NCBI RefSeq assembly: GCF_039383305.1
Contig: NZ_CP135009.1
Coordinates: 210,001-242,000, forward strand
Source of the DNA: Candidatus Saccharimonadota bacterium
GTDB lineage: Bacteria; Pseudomonadota; Gammaproteobacteria; Enterobacterales; Enterobacteriaceae
Direction of reading: 5' to 3'
DNA length: 32,000 nucleotides
The notes under the pieces are model-generated. The model was given only the letters and a program-made list of their open reading frames with translations. It ran no database searches and was not told the origin of the DNA. Shown in pieces: positions 16,418 through 26,039 of this stretch. The position numbers and the translations under genes were made by a program. Positions within the stretch are counted from its first letter, which is position 1, and every line of letters starts with the position of its first letter.

Positions 16418-17716
16418 TTATAAAATTTTTTTCTTTTGATATAAAGTAGAAAATTTTTTAAAAAATTTTGGAAAAGTTTTATTTACACATTGAGGATTCA
16501 AGATGATAATTTTGATTTCTGCTAATGCAATTAATGAAAAACACATGGCAATTCGATGATCGTTATAAGTTTCAATTTCGGAAGAAAAAATTTTCTTTGG
16601 ACGTGATATATATAAAAAATCTTTTCCTTCAATTACTTTTGCTCCTATTTTTTTTAATTCTGTACTCATTGCTTTTAATCTATCTGTTTCTTTTACTCGC
16701 CAATTATATATGTTTAAAATTTTAACAGGAGTATCTGTAAATACCCCTAAAATAGCTATTGTCATTGCTGCATCTGGCATATCATTTAAATCTATTGTTA
16801 TTCCAGTTAAAAAATTACGTGTACAAATTATTGAGTTATTTTCCCATCGAATATTTGCTCCCATTTTTTTTAAAACTTTATAAAAATTTTTGTCTCCTTG
16901 AATACTATTTTTAGGGAGTCCATGAACAGTAACAGTTCCCCCTTTAATAGCAGCTGCAGCTAAAAAATATGTAGCAGAAGTAGCATCTCCTTCTATAAAG
17001 TATTTTTTAGGAGTTTTGTATATTTGATTTCCAGAAATTTGAAAATGTATATAATTTTTTAAAATTTTAATTTTAACACCAAATTTTTTAATTAATTTTA
17101 TTGTTAAATCAATATATGGTTTAGAAACTAAATTTCCTTTAATAAAAATATTTGTTTCTTTAGGAGCTAAAGGAGCCATAAGTAATAATGAACTTAAAAA
17201 TTGACTTGAAATTGTTCCGTTTACTTTAATTATTCCACCAATAAAATTTCCTGTAATTTGAATAGGAGGATAATTAATATTTTTTAAATATTGAATATTC
17301 ACACCTCCTTGGCGTAATGCATCTACTAAATGATTAATAGGTCTTTTTTGCATTTGTAAATCGCCAGTTAGAATAATATTTTTATTATTTAAAGATAAAA
17401 TAGCAGTTAAAGGCCTCATGGCAGTTCCCGCATTTCCTAAATATAAAATTTTATTTTTTTGTTTTATAAATTTTTTTAAAGAACCAGAAATTTGACATTC
17501 AGTATTTTGTTTAGTTAATTTATAAACAATACCTAATTTTTTTAATGCAGATAACATGTATTTAACATCATCACTATATAAAATATTTTTTAGAATTGTA
17601 GTACCTGAAGATAAAGCCGATAATAATAAAACACGATTAGAAATACTTTTAGAACCAGGTAAAAATATTTCACCAGAAACAAAATTTATAGGAGGTAAAC
17701 ATAATTTTTTTTTCAT
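16418..17716 (-). CDS. aroA: 3-phosphoshikimate 1-carboxyvinyltransferase (EPSP synthase)
   Basis: 432 aa. LPGSKSISNR, LGNAGTAMRPL, NDHRIAM. Confidence 0.95.
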   Translation of the reverse strand: MKKKLCLPPINFVSGEIFLPGSKSISNRVLLLSALSSGTTILKNILYSDDVKYMLSALKKLGIVYKLTKQNTECQISGSLKKFIKQKNKILYLGNAGTAMRPLTAILSLNNKNIILTGDLQMQKRPINHLVDALRQGGVNIQYLKNINYPPIQITGNFIGGIIKVNGTISSQFLSSLLLMAPLAPKETNIFIKGNLVSKPYIDLTIKLIKKFGVKIKILKNYIHFQISGNQIYKTPKKYFIEGDATSATYFLAAAAIKGGTVTVHGLPKNSIQGDKNFYKVLKKMGANIRWENNSIICTRNFLTGITIDLNDMPDAAMTIAILGVFTDTPVKILNIYNWRVKETDRLKAMSTELKKIGAKVIEGKDFLYISRPKKIFSSEIETYNDHRIAMCFSLIALAEIKIIILNPQCVNKTFPKFFKKFSTLYQKKKIL

Positions 17717-17757
17717 AATTTTATTACCTTATATTTTATTTTTTTTAAAAAATATTT

Positions 17758-18843
17758 TTAACCAAATTTTTTTTCAAAATATTTCATAAATTTTATTAAT
17801 GAAATAATACCTTTTTTAGGCATAGAATTATAAATAGATGCTCTAATACCTCCATGTATAAAATGTCCTTTTAATCCATATAAACCTTTTTTTTCGGCTT
17901 TTTTTAGAAAAATAATTGTTAAAGTATTAATTTTTAAAAAAAAAGTTATATTCATTAATGAACGATTTTGAATATTGACTAAATTATAATAAAATTCAGT
18001 AGAATCAATATATTCATATAACATTTTAGATTTTAAAATATTTTTTTTTTCAATTTTTAGAATTCCTCCTTTTTTTTTTAACCATTTAAACATTAAACCA
18101 GCAACATACCAACAAAAGATGGGAGGCGTATTAAACATAGATTTTGTTTTAGATAAAATTTTATAATTTAAGATCGAAGGTATTTTTTGTTTAGTTTTTA
18201 AAACTAAATCTTTTCTAATAATTATTATTGTTAAACCAGCTGGACCTATATTTTTTTGTGCACTAGCATAAATCATACCATATTTTTTAATATTAATTTT
18301 TTTAGATAAAATTGTTGAAGAAAAATCTCCAATTATTATTTTATTTGAAAATATAGGTTCTTCGAAAATACTAATTCCTTCAATAGTTTCATTTGGACAA
18401 TAATGTATATATTTACTATCTAAATGAATTTTCCAATCTTTCATAGGTTTTAAACTTTGATAATTTTTATTATTTAAATATTTTATATTAATTACTTTAG
18501 GATGACAAAATTTTTTAGCTTCTAAAAAAGAAGCATAAGACCAAAAACCACTATTTATATAATCAGCTTTTTCATATTTTTTTAATAAATTTAAAGGAAT
18601 AGCAGAAAATTGACCTCTAGCACCTCCTTGACTAAATAAAATATTGTATTCTTGTGGAATATTTAATAAATCTCTTAAATCTTTTTCTACTATTTCAGCA
18701 TAATTAATAAAATATTTACTTCGATGACTAATTTCTAAAATTGAAAAATTATTATTTTTGTAATTTTGAAAATTTTTTTGAAGTTTTAATAAAATTTCTT
18801 TAGGAAGAACTGATGGTCCTGGATTAAAATTATAAATTTTCAT
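17758..18843 (-). CDS. serC: Phosphoserine aminotransferase
   Basis: 361 aa. FNPGPS, SHRSK, QGGARGQF, YASAQKNIGPAGLT (PLP Lys). 41 nt upstream of aroA, as in the E. coli serC-aroA operon. Confidence 0.95.
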   Translation of the reverse strand: MKIYNFNPGPSVLPKEILLKLQKNFQNYKNNNFSILEISHRSKYFINYAEIVEKDLRDLLNIPQEYNILFSQGGARGQFSAIPLNLLKKYEKADYINSGFWSYASFLEAKKFCHPKVINIKYLNNKNYQSLKPMKDWKIHLDSKYIHYCPNETIEGISIFEEPIFSNKIIIGDFSSTILSKKINIKKYGMIYASAQKNIGPAGLTIIIIRKDLVLKTKQKIPSILNYKILSKTKSMFNTPPIFCWYVAGLMFKWLKKKGGILKIEKKNILKSKMLYEYIDSTEFYYNLVNIQNRSLMNITFFLKINTLTIIFLKKAEKKGLYGLKGHFIHGGIRASIYNSMPKKGIISLIKFMKYFEKKFG

Positions 18844-18890
18844 AAAATATTCGCTATTTAAAATTTATTTAATTTTTTAAAAATAATAAA

Positions 18891-18918
18891 TATCGGCATT
18901 TTTATTAAGATGCCGATA
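18891..18918 (-). terminator. Putative serS terminator hairpin
   Basis: TATCGGCAT (18891-18899) and ATGCCGATA (18910-18918) form a perfect 9-bp stem with 4 G-C pairs and a 10-nt loop. It lies 29 nt downstream of the serS stop on the minus strand and is followed there by TTTATTATTTT. Confidence 0.6.
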
Positions 18919-18946
18919 AACATTTTTTTTAAAATTTCTATTAATA

Positions 18947-20239
18947 TTATTCTAAAAATGTCATGCCGTGCATATATGGAGTTTGTAAAATTTTAGGTAC
19001 TTTAATACGTCCATTAGAACATTGATAATTTTCTAAAATAGCTGCTAAAGTTCTTCCTAGTGCTAATCCGGAACCATTTAAAGTATGTAAAAAAATATTT
19101 TTTTTAAATTTTTTATCATAATAACGTGAATTAATTCTTCTAGTTTGAAAATCTCCCATTAAAGAACAAGAAGAAATTTCTAAATATGTATTTTGTGATG
19201 GAAACCATACTTCTAAATCATAAGTTTTTTGTGAAGCAAATCCTAAATCTCCTGTACATAATAAAATTTTTTGGTATGGCAATTTTAATAATTTTAAAAT
19301 TTTTTCAGCATGCATAGTTAAAATTTCTAATGTTTTATGAGAATTTTCAGGTTTTACAATTTGTATAATTTCTACTTTTTCAAATTGATAATTGCGTATC
19401 AAACCTCTATTTTTTTTTCCATATGCTAAATTTTCTGCTCGAAAACAAGAACTTAATGCTGTAAATTTTAATGGTAAAATATTTTCTTTTAAAATGGTAT
19501 TACGTATTAAATTAGTTAACGGTACTTCAGAAGTTGGAATTAAAAAATATTTATTTTTTTTTTTTTCATTTTTTAAAAAAGTATGAAATAATTCATTTTT
19601 AAATTTTGGTAATTGTCCTGTCCCAAAAATAGATTTTTCATTTACTAAATTTGGAATATAAGTTTCAACATATCCATGTACTTTAGTATGAATATCTAAC
19701 ATAAATTGTCCTAATGCTCGATGTAATAAAGCAATTGAACCATTCATGACAACAAAACCTGAACCAGAAATTAACGAAGAACTACTCCAATCTAAACCTT
19801 TTAATTGTTGCCCTAAAGAGATATAATCTTTAATTAAAAAATTAAATTTTTTAGGAGATCCCCATTGATAAATTTTTTGATTATTTTTTGGAAATTTACC
19901 TATTGGAACATCATTATCAGGAATATTCGGTATATATATTAAAAAATTATAAATTTTTATTTGAATATTTTTTAATTTTTTGTTAAATTTTTGAGAAAGT
20001 TTTTTAAAAAAAATTAATTTATTTAAAATAAATTCATAATTAAAATATAAATTTTTATAATATATTAAATATTTTGATAATTTTTTTCGTTGTTCTTGTG
20101 TTTTTTCACTTAAAATTTGATATTTTTTTCTTTTTTTTTCTAATTTTTGTAATTTTTTTACATCTAAAAAAAAATTTTTGTATTCTAATTTTTTTTTAAA
20201 AAAAAAATATTTTTTTTTTAAAAGAGTATAATTTAGCAT
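18947..20239 (-). CDS. serS: Serine--tRNA ligase
   Basis: 430 aa. GTGQLPKF, IPTSEVPLTN, CFRAE, TLNGSGLALGRTLAAILENYQ. Confidence 0.96.
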   Translation of the reverse strand: MLNYTLLKKKYFFFKKKLEYKNFFLDVKKLQKLEKKRKKYQILSEKTQEQRKKLSKYLIYYKNLYFNYEFILNKLIFFKKLSQKFNKKLKNIQIKIYNFLIYIPNIPDNDVPIGKFPKNNQKIYQWGSPKKFNFLIKDYISLGQQLKGLDWSSSSLISGSGFVVMNGSIALLHRALGQFMLDIHTKVHGYVETYIPNLVNEKSIFGTGQLPKFKNELFHTFLKNEKKKNKYFLIPTSEVPLTNLIRNTILKENILPLKFTALSSCFRAENLAYGKKNRGLIRNYQFEKVEIIQIVKPENSHKTLEILTMHAEKILKLLKLPYQKILLCTGDLGFASQKTYDLEVWFPSQNTYLEISSCSLMGDFQTRRINSRYYDKKFKKNIFLHTLNGSGLALGRTLAAILENYQCSNGRIKVPKILQTPYMHGMTFLE

Positions 20240-20592
20240 AAAAATAATGATCTTATAATATGTTTTTAAAATTATCTTATTTTTTTTTAAAATTTTTAAT
20301 TTTATAAAAAAAAGATTGTATAGAAAATTTTTTTATTTTTTAATAAAAAGTATATATGAAAAAATTCAATATTATATTAAATTTTTTAAATATTATATTT
20401 TTAAAAAATTTTTAAAATATTTTATATTTTAAAAATAAAAATTTTTATAAAATAAATATTTTATTAAATAAAATAGTTTATACTTTTATTATATAAAAAG
20501 AAAAAAAATATTATATTTTTATTAATTTTTTAATTATTATTTTAAAAAATATAAAAATATATATTATATAAAAAATAAAAAGGGTTTTGTAT

Positions 20593-21552
20593 ATGAAAAA
20601 AAAAGTTTTTTTAAATGTTAAATTAATTATTATAGGATCTGGTCCTGCTGGATATACTGCTGGTTTATATGCTGCCAGAGCTAATATTTCTACTATTCTT
20701 TTTGAAGGTCCTAATCCTGGTGGACAATTATTAAATACTTCTTCTATTGAAAATTGGCCCGGTCAATTCAATTTTATTAGTGGTCAAGAATTAATGACAA
20801 ATATGAAAAAACAAGTAAAAAATTTACATATAAAAATTATAAACGATACAATACTTAAAATTTTAACAAAAAAAAAAAAATTTATTGTTTTAACAAAAAA
20901 TAATCAATATTTTTCAGATTCGATTATTATTGCTACTGGAGCTATAGCTCGTTCATTAAATATTTCTACTGAAAAAAAATATTTAGGTAAAGGTGTATCT
21001 ACTTGCGCTATTTGTGATGGATATTTTTATAAAAATAAACCTGTGGCTGTGATTGGTGGAGGTAATACTGCAATTGAAAATGCATTATATTTATCTAAAA
21101 TTTCTAAAATTGTATATTTAATACATCGTCAAAATACTTTTCGGGCCGAAAAAATTTTAATTAAACGTTTAATGGAAAAATGTATTTCTAAAAAAATTAT
21201 TATTTTTCAGCCCTTCATACTTAAAAAAATTTTAGGAGATAACTCTGGTGTATCTGGAATTAAAATTCAATCTGTTATAGAAAAAAATAATCAAATTTTA
21301 AAAATTTTTGGATTGTTTGTATCAATTGGTTATATACCCAATACTCAAATTTTTAAAAATTTGTTACATATTGATTCTAATGGTTACATTATTTTAAACA
21401 AGAAATCAAAATTTTTTACTACTGAAACAAATTATCCAGGAATATTTGCTGCTGGAGATGTAGTTGATAATGTTTATAAACAAGCAATTACTGCAGCAGC
21501 TAATGGTTGTCAAGCTGCTATGGATGTTGAAAAATATTTACATATAAAATAA
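20593..21552 (+). CDS. trxB: Thioredoxin reductase
   Basis: IIGSGPAGYTA FAD motif, redox-active CAICDG, GGGNTAIE NADPH motif, FAAGDV. ATG 20593 is preferred over the TTG at 20587 (AAGGG Shine-Dalgarno upstream). Confidence 0.95.
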   Translation: MKKKVFLNVKLIIIGSGPAGYTAGLYAARANISTILFEGPNPGGQLLNTSSIENWPGQFNFISGQELMTNMKKQVKNLHIKIINDTILKILTKKKKFIVLTKNNQYFSDSIIIATGAIARSLNISTEKKYLGKGVSTCAICDGYFYKNKPVAVIGGGNTAIENALYLSKISKIVYLIHRQNTFRAEKILIKRLMEKCISKKIIIFQPFILKKILGDNSGVSGIKIQSVIEKNNQILKIFGLFVSIGYIPNTQIFKNLLHIDSNGYIILNKKSKFFTTETNYPGIFAAGDVVDNVYKQAITAAANGCQAAMDVEKYLHIK

Positions 21553-21632
21553 AACGTTTTTTAAATTTTTTTTAAAAATATATTTTTTAAAAAAATTAAA
21601 AAATTTCTAAAAATTTTAAAAGAAGATAAAAT

Positions 21633-21848
21633 ATGAAAGAAGAAAATATTGAAATGCAAGGTATAGTAATCGATACACTTCCAAATACTATGTTTCGAGT
21701 AGAATTAGAAAATAAACATATAGTAATTGCACATATTTCAGGGAAAATGAGAAAAAATTATATTAGAATTTTAACTGGAGATAAAGTTACTTTAGAATTA
21801 ACACCTTATGATTTAAGTAAAGGGCGTATTATATTTAGAAGTCGTTAA
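21633..21848 (+). CDS. infA: Translation initiation factor IF-1
   Basis: 71 aa, near-identical in pattern to E. coli IF1 ([32 protein letters not shown]). Confidence 0.97.
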   Translation: MKEENIEMQGIVIDTLPNTMFRVELENKHIVIAHISGKMRKNYIRILTGDKVTLELTPYDLSKGRIIFRSR

Positions 21849-21928
21849 AAAATATAACATTTATATATATTAATTAATTCAAAAATATATTTTTTATAAA
21901 AAAAATTTATTTAAAAAAAAGGAAAAAA

Positions 21929-23634
21929 ATGCGTACTATAAAATGCGGTATATTTAAAAAAAAATATTTTCAAAAAACTTGTACTTTATGTGGATGGGTT
22001 CAAAATATCAGAAATTTAGGGAATATGTTATTTATTCAATTAAAAGATCGATATGGAATTTCTCAAATTGTTTTTCATTCAGAAATTTTAAAAAAATTTC
22101 CTCTGATTATGAAAATTAAAAAAGAATTTTGTATACAAGTTACAGGTACTGTACAAAAAAAAAAAATGTTAAAAAAAAATTAGAAAATTTTGAACTTCAT
22201 GCTCAAAAATATAAAATTTTTAATAAAACACTTCCAATTCCTTTAGATTATAATAAAAAAAATAAAGAAAAAATCCGACTTCAATATAGGTATTTAGATT
22301 TACGTTGTAAATTTATGATTGAAAATTTTAAAATTAGAAATATTGTTTCAATGTTAACACGAAAATATTTAGAAAAAAACAATTTTTTAGAAATTGAAAC
22401 ACCTATCTTAACAAAATCTACACCCGAAGGCGCTGAAAATTTTTTAATTAAAAGTAAATATTTAGGTAAGAATTATGCATTACCTCAATCTCCTCAATTA
22501 TTTAAGCAATTATTAATGATTTCTGGTTTTGATAAATATTATCAAATTGCAAAATGTTTTCGAAATGAAGATTTACGTTCAGATCGACAACCTGAATTTA
22601 CACAAATTGATATTGAAGCTTCTTTTATAACATCAGAAAAAATACAAGATTTTATCGAAACTTTAATTAAAAAAATTTGGTTAAAAATTTTAAAATTTAA
22701 ATTAAAAGTTTTTCCTAAAATTACATATAAAAATAGTTTAAAATATTACGCAACAGATAAACCAGATTTAAGAAATCCATTAAAATTTTTAAATATTACA
22801 AAAATTTTTAAAAAAAAATGGAATATTTTTTTTTCAAATTTTGACTTCTTATTAAATCAAGATAGAATAGTTTCTCTTCATATTTTTCAAGGTGTTTTAT
22901 TATTAAATGAAAAACATTTTAAAAATTATAAAAAAATTTTTAAAAAATTTAAAATTCATAATTTTTATATTGTAAAAGTTATGAAAAAAAAAATTATTAT
23001 TAATAATTTTAATACAAAAAAAATTACAAAAAAAAAATATCATATGTGTTTAAAAATTATTTCTTTTATTAAATGTATACAGAATGATATTTTATTTTTT
23101 GCTATAACCTCAAAATATGTTAATAATAATTTTTTATCTAAATTAAGAATGCAAATTGGAAAAGATTTAAAAATAATTAAAGAAAAAATTTGGAAACCTG
23201 TATGGATTATAGATTTTCCATTATTTAATTTAGATTTAAGTAATAATACTATAAAATCTGTACATCATCCTTTTACAGCTCCTAAAAATATTGATGAAAA
23301 TATCACTCAAGAAAATGTTTTAAAAATTATTTCTAGTGCATATGATTTAGTAATTAATGGATATGAAATAGGTGGAGGATCACAACGTATTTATGATGCT
23401 GTGTTACAAAAAAAAATTTTTAATTTTTTAAATATTAGTAAAGATTCTTTAGAAAAAAATTTTAATTTTTTTTTAAATGCTTTACAGTACGGCGCTCCTC
23501 CTCATGCTGGTATAGCTTTAGGATTAGATCGAATAATTATGTTATTAACTAATAATTCTACAATTAAAGATGTTATAGCTTTTCCTAAAACTAATTCAGC
23601 CCTTTGTTTATTAACTGGAGCTCCAAATGAATAA
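21929..23634 (+). CDS. aspS: Aspartate--tRNA ligase, reading frame broken by a 1-nt deficit in a poly(A) tract (two overlapping ORFs, 21929-22183 and 22129-23634)
   Basis: ORF1 encodes the N-terminal OB-fold (LCGWV, EFCIQVTGTV) and ORF2 the rest (RLQYRYLDLR, TPEGA, QSPQLFKQLLM, CFRNEDLR.DRQPEFTQID, GGGS.RI, PPHAGIALGLDR). Together they are collinear with E. coli AspRS, and the frames switch at A12 (22155-22166). Confidence 0.9.
22155..22166 (+). other. A12 homopolymer at the aspS frameshift site, followed by A9 at 22171-22179
   Basis: Counted directly. Adding one A (or removing two) joins the ORF1 frame to the ORF2 frame and gives ...TGTVQKKKKNVKKKLENFELH... Confidence 0.85.
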
Positions 23635-23650
23635 ATAAAAAATTTTTTTC

Positions 23651-23684
23651 AAAAACCATCATGCGAAATAACATGTTGGTTTTT
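23651..23684 (+). terminator. Putative aspS terminator
   Basis: AAAAACCATCATG (23651-23663) pairs with CATGTTGGTTTTT (23672-23684). That is 13 bp with one mismatch and an 8-nt loop. It starts 17 nt after the aspS stop and has a U-rich 3' arm. Confidence 0.55.
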
Positions 23685-23723
23685 ATTAAAAAAAAATCTA
23701 TTAATATTTTTCGGGAGAATAAA

Positions 23724-24455
23724 ATGGCAGGACATAGTAAATGGTCAAATACTAAACACAGAAAAGCAGCTCAAGATTATAAAAAAAATCAAAAATCTAT
23801 GAAATTAATACGAAATATTACAAGTGCAAGTAAAAAATATGGTAATAATCCTAATATAAATTTTTGTTTAAGAGCAGCTATTATCAAAGCTACTAATAAT
23901 AATATTTCAAAAAATTCTATAAAAAAAGCTATTCAACGTGGATCTTTGAATTTCGAAAAAAAAAAAAAAATTCAACAAATCAAATATGCAGGATGTAATA
24001 AAGAAGGAATAATTATATTAATTTCTTATATTTCTAAAAATATTTTAGATATTCAATCAAAAATTCATAAAATTTTTAAAAAATATAATTTTTTTTTTAT
24101 TCATTATTTAAAAATTAAATATTTGTTTCAAGAATGTATTATTTTTTTATTTCAAAAAACTAAAAAAAATGAAGAAATTTTAATTAATCTAGCTATAGAA
24201 AATAATGCATATGATATTGACACAAATTCATTTAAAAAAATTAAAATTATTATTAATACTTTTGATGCTAAAAATATTAAAAAAGAATTTAAAAAATTTT
24301 CTTTAAAAATTTTAAAAACTGATACTAAAGTTATAGCTTTTAAAAAACATCAAATAATTTCTTTAACTATAGAAAAATTTAAAAAATTTTTAAAAGAATT
24401 AAAAAAAATTCCAGAAATTCAAAATATTTCTCATAACGCATTTACTAAAATATAA
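23724..24455 (+). CDS. yebC: YebC/PmpR-family transcriptional regulator or translation factor
   Basis: MAGHSKWSNTKHRKAAQD is the family N-terminus. GGGAGA Shine-Dalgarno 6-7 nt upstream of ATG 23724. The 21 upstream codons in the ORF track have no counterpart in the family. Confidence 0.88.
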   Translation: MAGHSKWSNTKHRKAAQDYKKNQKSMKLIRNITSASKKYGNNPNINFCLRAAIIKATNNNISKNSIKKAIQRGSLNFEKKKKIQQIKYAGCNKEGIIILISYISKNILDIQSKIHKIFKKYNFFFIHYLKIKYLFQECIIFLFQKTKKNEEILINLAIENNAYDIDTNSFKKIKIIINTFDAKNIKKEFKKFSLKILKTDTKVIAFKKHQIISLTIEKFKKFLKELKKIPEIQNISHNAFTKI

Positions 24456-24480
24456 AAATTAAAAATTTTTTTAAAAAAAA

Positions 24481-24522
24481 TTGCTTGAATTCTCCAGAAT
24501 TTTTTCTGTTAAAAACAAGCAG
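24481..24522. terminator. Nested hairpin between convergent yebC and pykA, possible bidirectional terminator
   Basis: TTGCTTG (24481-24487) pairs with CAAGCAG (24516-24522). An inner inverted repeat AATTCT-CC-AGAATT occupies 24488-24501, followed by a T-run. Confidence 0.4.
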
Positions 24523-24596
24523 TTTAAATATAAAAAAATTTTTCATATTTTTTTATTTTTTTTAAAAAAAAATTTTTAAAATTTTTAAAAGAAGAA

Positions 24597-26039
24597 TTAA
24601 ACTTTAAGAATACGACAAACATTCATTGTTTTATAAGTATTTTTTTTATATTTTTCTTGAATTAAAATTACAAAGCTTTCTTTTTTAACGTATTTTTTTT
24701 GTTTTAAAAATTTTATTAAAGAATTTTTAAAATATATTTCTTTTTCTGTAATATTAAATAAAATAGGTATAATACCTCGATATAAAGTACAAGTCTGTAA
24801 AACTGACATTTGAGAAGAAATTACTAATATTGGTAATGAAGTTGAAATTCTAGATGCAATCAAAGCAGGTTTACTTGAATTAGTTAATAAAATAATTGCT
24901 GAAACGTTTAATAAATGATTAGCAGCATACATTGAAGACATTAATATAGCTTCTGAAATATCTTTAAATACAGTATGTAATCTATGTTTCGAAATTCTTA
25001 TACTAGGAATTTTTTCTGCTTCATAACATATCTGAATCATTTTTTGAATAGTTTCTATAGGAAATTTTCCTGATGCAGTTTCAGCAGATAACATAACAGC
25101 ATCAGTACCATCTAATACTGCATTAGCAACATCTGAAACTTCAGCTCTAGTTGGGAAAGAATTAAAAACCATAGATTCCATCATTTGCGTAGCTGTAATT
25201 ACAGCGCGATTTAATTTACGAGACATAGAAATTAATTTTTTTTGTATAGAAATTAATTTAGTATCTCCAATTTCCACACCTAAATCGCCACGAGCTATCA
25301 TAATTGCATCAGATTCTAAAATAATTTCTTGAATATTTTTTTCTGTTTTAATAGCTTCAGCACGTTCTATTTTAGCTATAATTTTTGCATTACTACCAGA
25401 ATTCTGTAATAATTGACGAGCAACTTTTAAATCTTTTGAAGTTCTAGGAAAGGAAACTGCTAAAAAATTCACATGAATTTTAGAAGCTAATAAAATATCT
25501 TTTTTATCTTTTTCAGTTAAAGCTTCGGCAGATAAACCACCTCCTAATTTATTTAATCCTTTATTATTTGTCAAAAATCCACCAATTAATACTTGAGTAA
25601 TAATTTTTGTATTAAAGATTTTAATAACTTGTAATTGAATGCGACCATCATCTAATAATAAAATATCATTATATTTTACTTCTTGAGGTAATTTGCTATA
25701 ATTAATTCCAACTTCAGTTTCTGTTCCATTATTTTTTTCTATGTTCGGATCTAAAACAAAAATATCTCCAATTTTTAAAAATATTTTTTTTTTTTGAAAT
25801 CCAGAAATTCTAATTTTAGGACCTTGTAAATCTCCTAATAAAGACACTATAATTCCTAATTTTTTAGAAATTTTTAAAATTTCACAAGCTCGATTTTTAT
25901 GATCTTCAGGTGTTCCATGAGAAAAATTTAAACGAAAAACATTAGCCCCAGCTTTAATCATATTCTCTAAAACACCCGGATAATCAGTAGAAGGCCCTAA
26001 TGTTGTAATAATTTTTGTTCTTAAAAAATTTAAATCCAT
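24597..26039 (-). CDS. pykA: Pyruvate kinase II
   Basis: 480 aa. TLGPS, NFSHG, GDLQGPKIR, IARGDLGVE, ATQMMESM, DGTDAVMLSAETA. Same length as E. coli PykA. Confidence 0.96.
   Translation of the reverse strand: MDLNFLRTKIITTLGPSTDYPGVLENMIKAGANVFRLNFSHGTPEDHKNRACEILKISKKLGIIVSLLGDLQGPKIRISGFQKKKIFLKIGDIFVLDPNIEKNNGTETEVGINYSKLPQEVKYNDILLLDDGRIQLQVIKIFNTKIITQVLIGGFLTNNKGLNKLGGGLSAEALTEKDKKDILLASKIHVNFLAVSFPRTSKDLKVARQLLQNSGSNAKIIAKIERAEAIKTEKNIQEIILESDAIMIARGDLGVEIGDTKLISIQKKLISMSRKLNRAVITATQMMESMVFNSFPTRAEVSDVANAVLDGTDAVMLSAETASGKFPIETIQKMIQICYEAEKIPSIRISKHRLHTVFKDISEAILMSSMYAANHLLNVSAIILLTNSSKPALIASRISTSLPILVISSQMSVLQTCTLYRGIIPILFNITEKEIYFKNSLIKFLKQKKYVKKESFVILIQEKYKKNTYKTMNVCRILKV

Noticed and set aside
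16525-16725. 66-aa ORF antisense within aroA
   Set aside because: It is a shadow ORF of aroA with a low-complexity L/F-rich translation.
17556-17789. 77-aa ORF antisense across the aroA start and serC end
   Set aside because: It is antisense to two well-supported genes and has no motif or ribosome-binding site.
19392-19586. 64-aa ORF antisense within serS
   Set aside because: It is a shadow ORF inside serS and includes the complement of the serS poly(A) tract.
21929-22183. Treating the 84-aa and 501-aa ORFs as two separate genes
   Set aside because: Together they are collinear with a single AspRS. The 84-aa piece is only the OB-fold anticodon-binding domain and the 501-aa piece lacks it, and the break coincides exactly with a homopolymer.
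24481-24522. The nested hairpin between yebC and pykA as a tRNA or small RNA gene
   Set aside because: It is too short for a tRNA, has no cloverleaf arms and no T-loop or anticodon-loop signature. Its position between convergent genes fits a terminator better.
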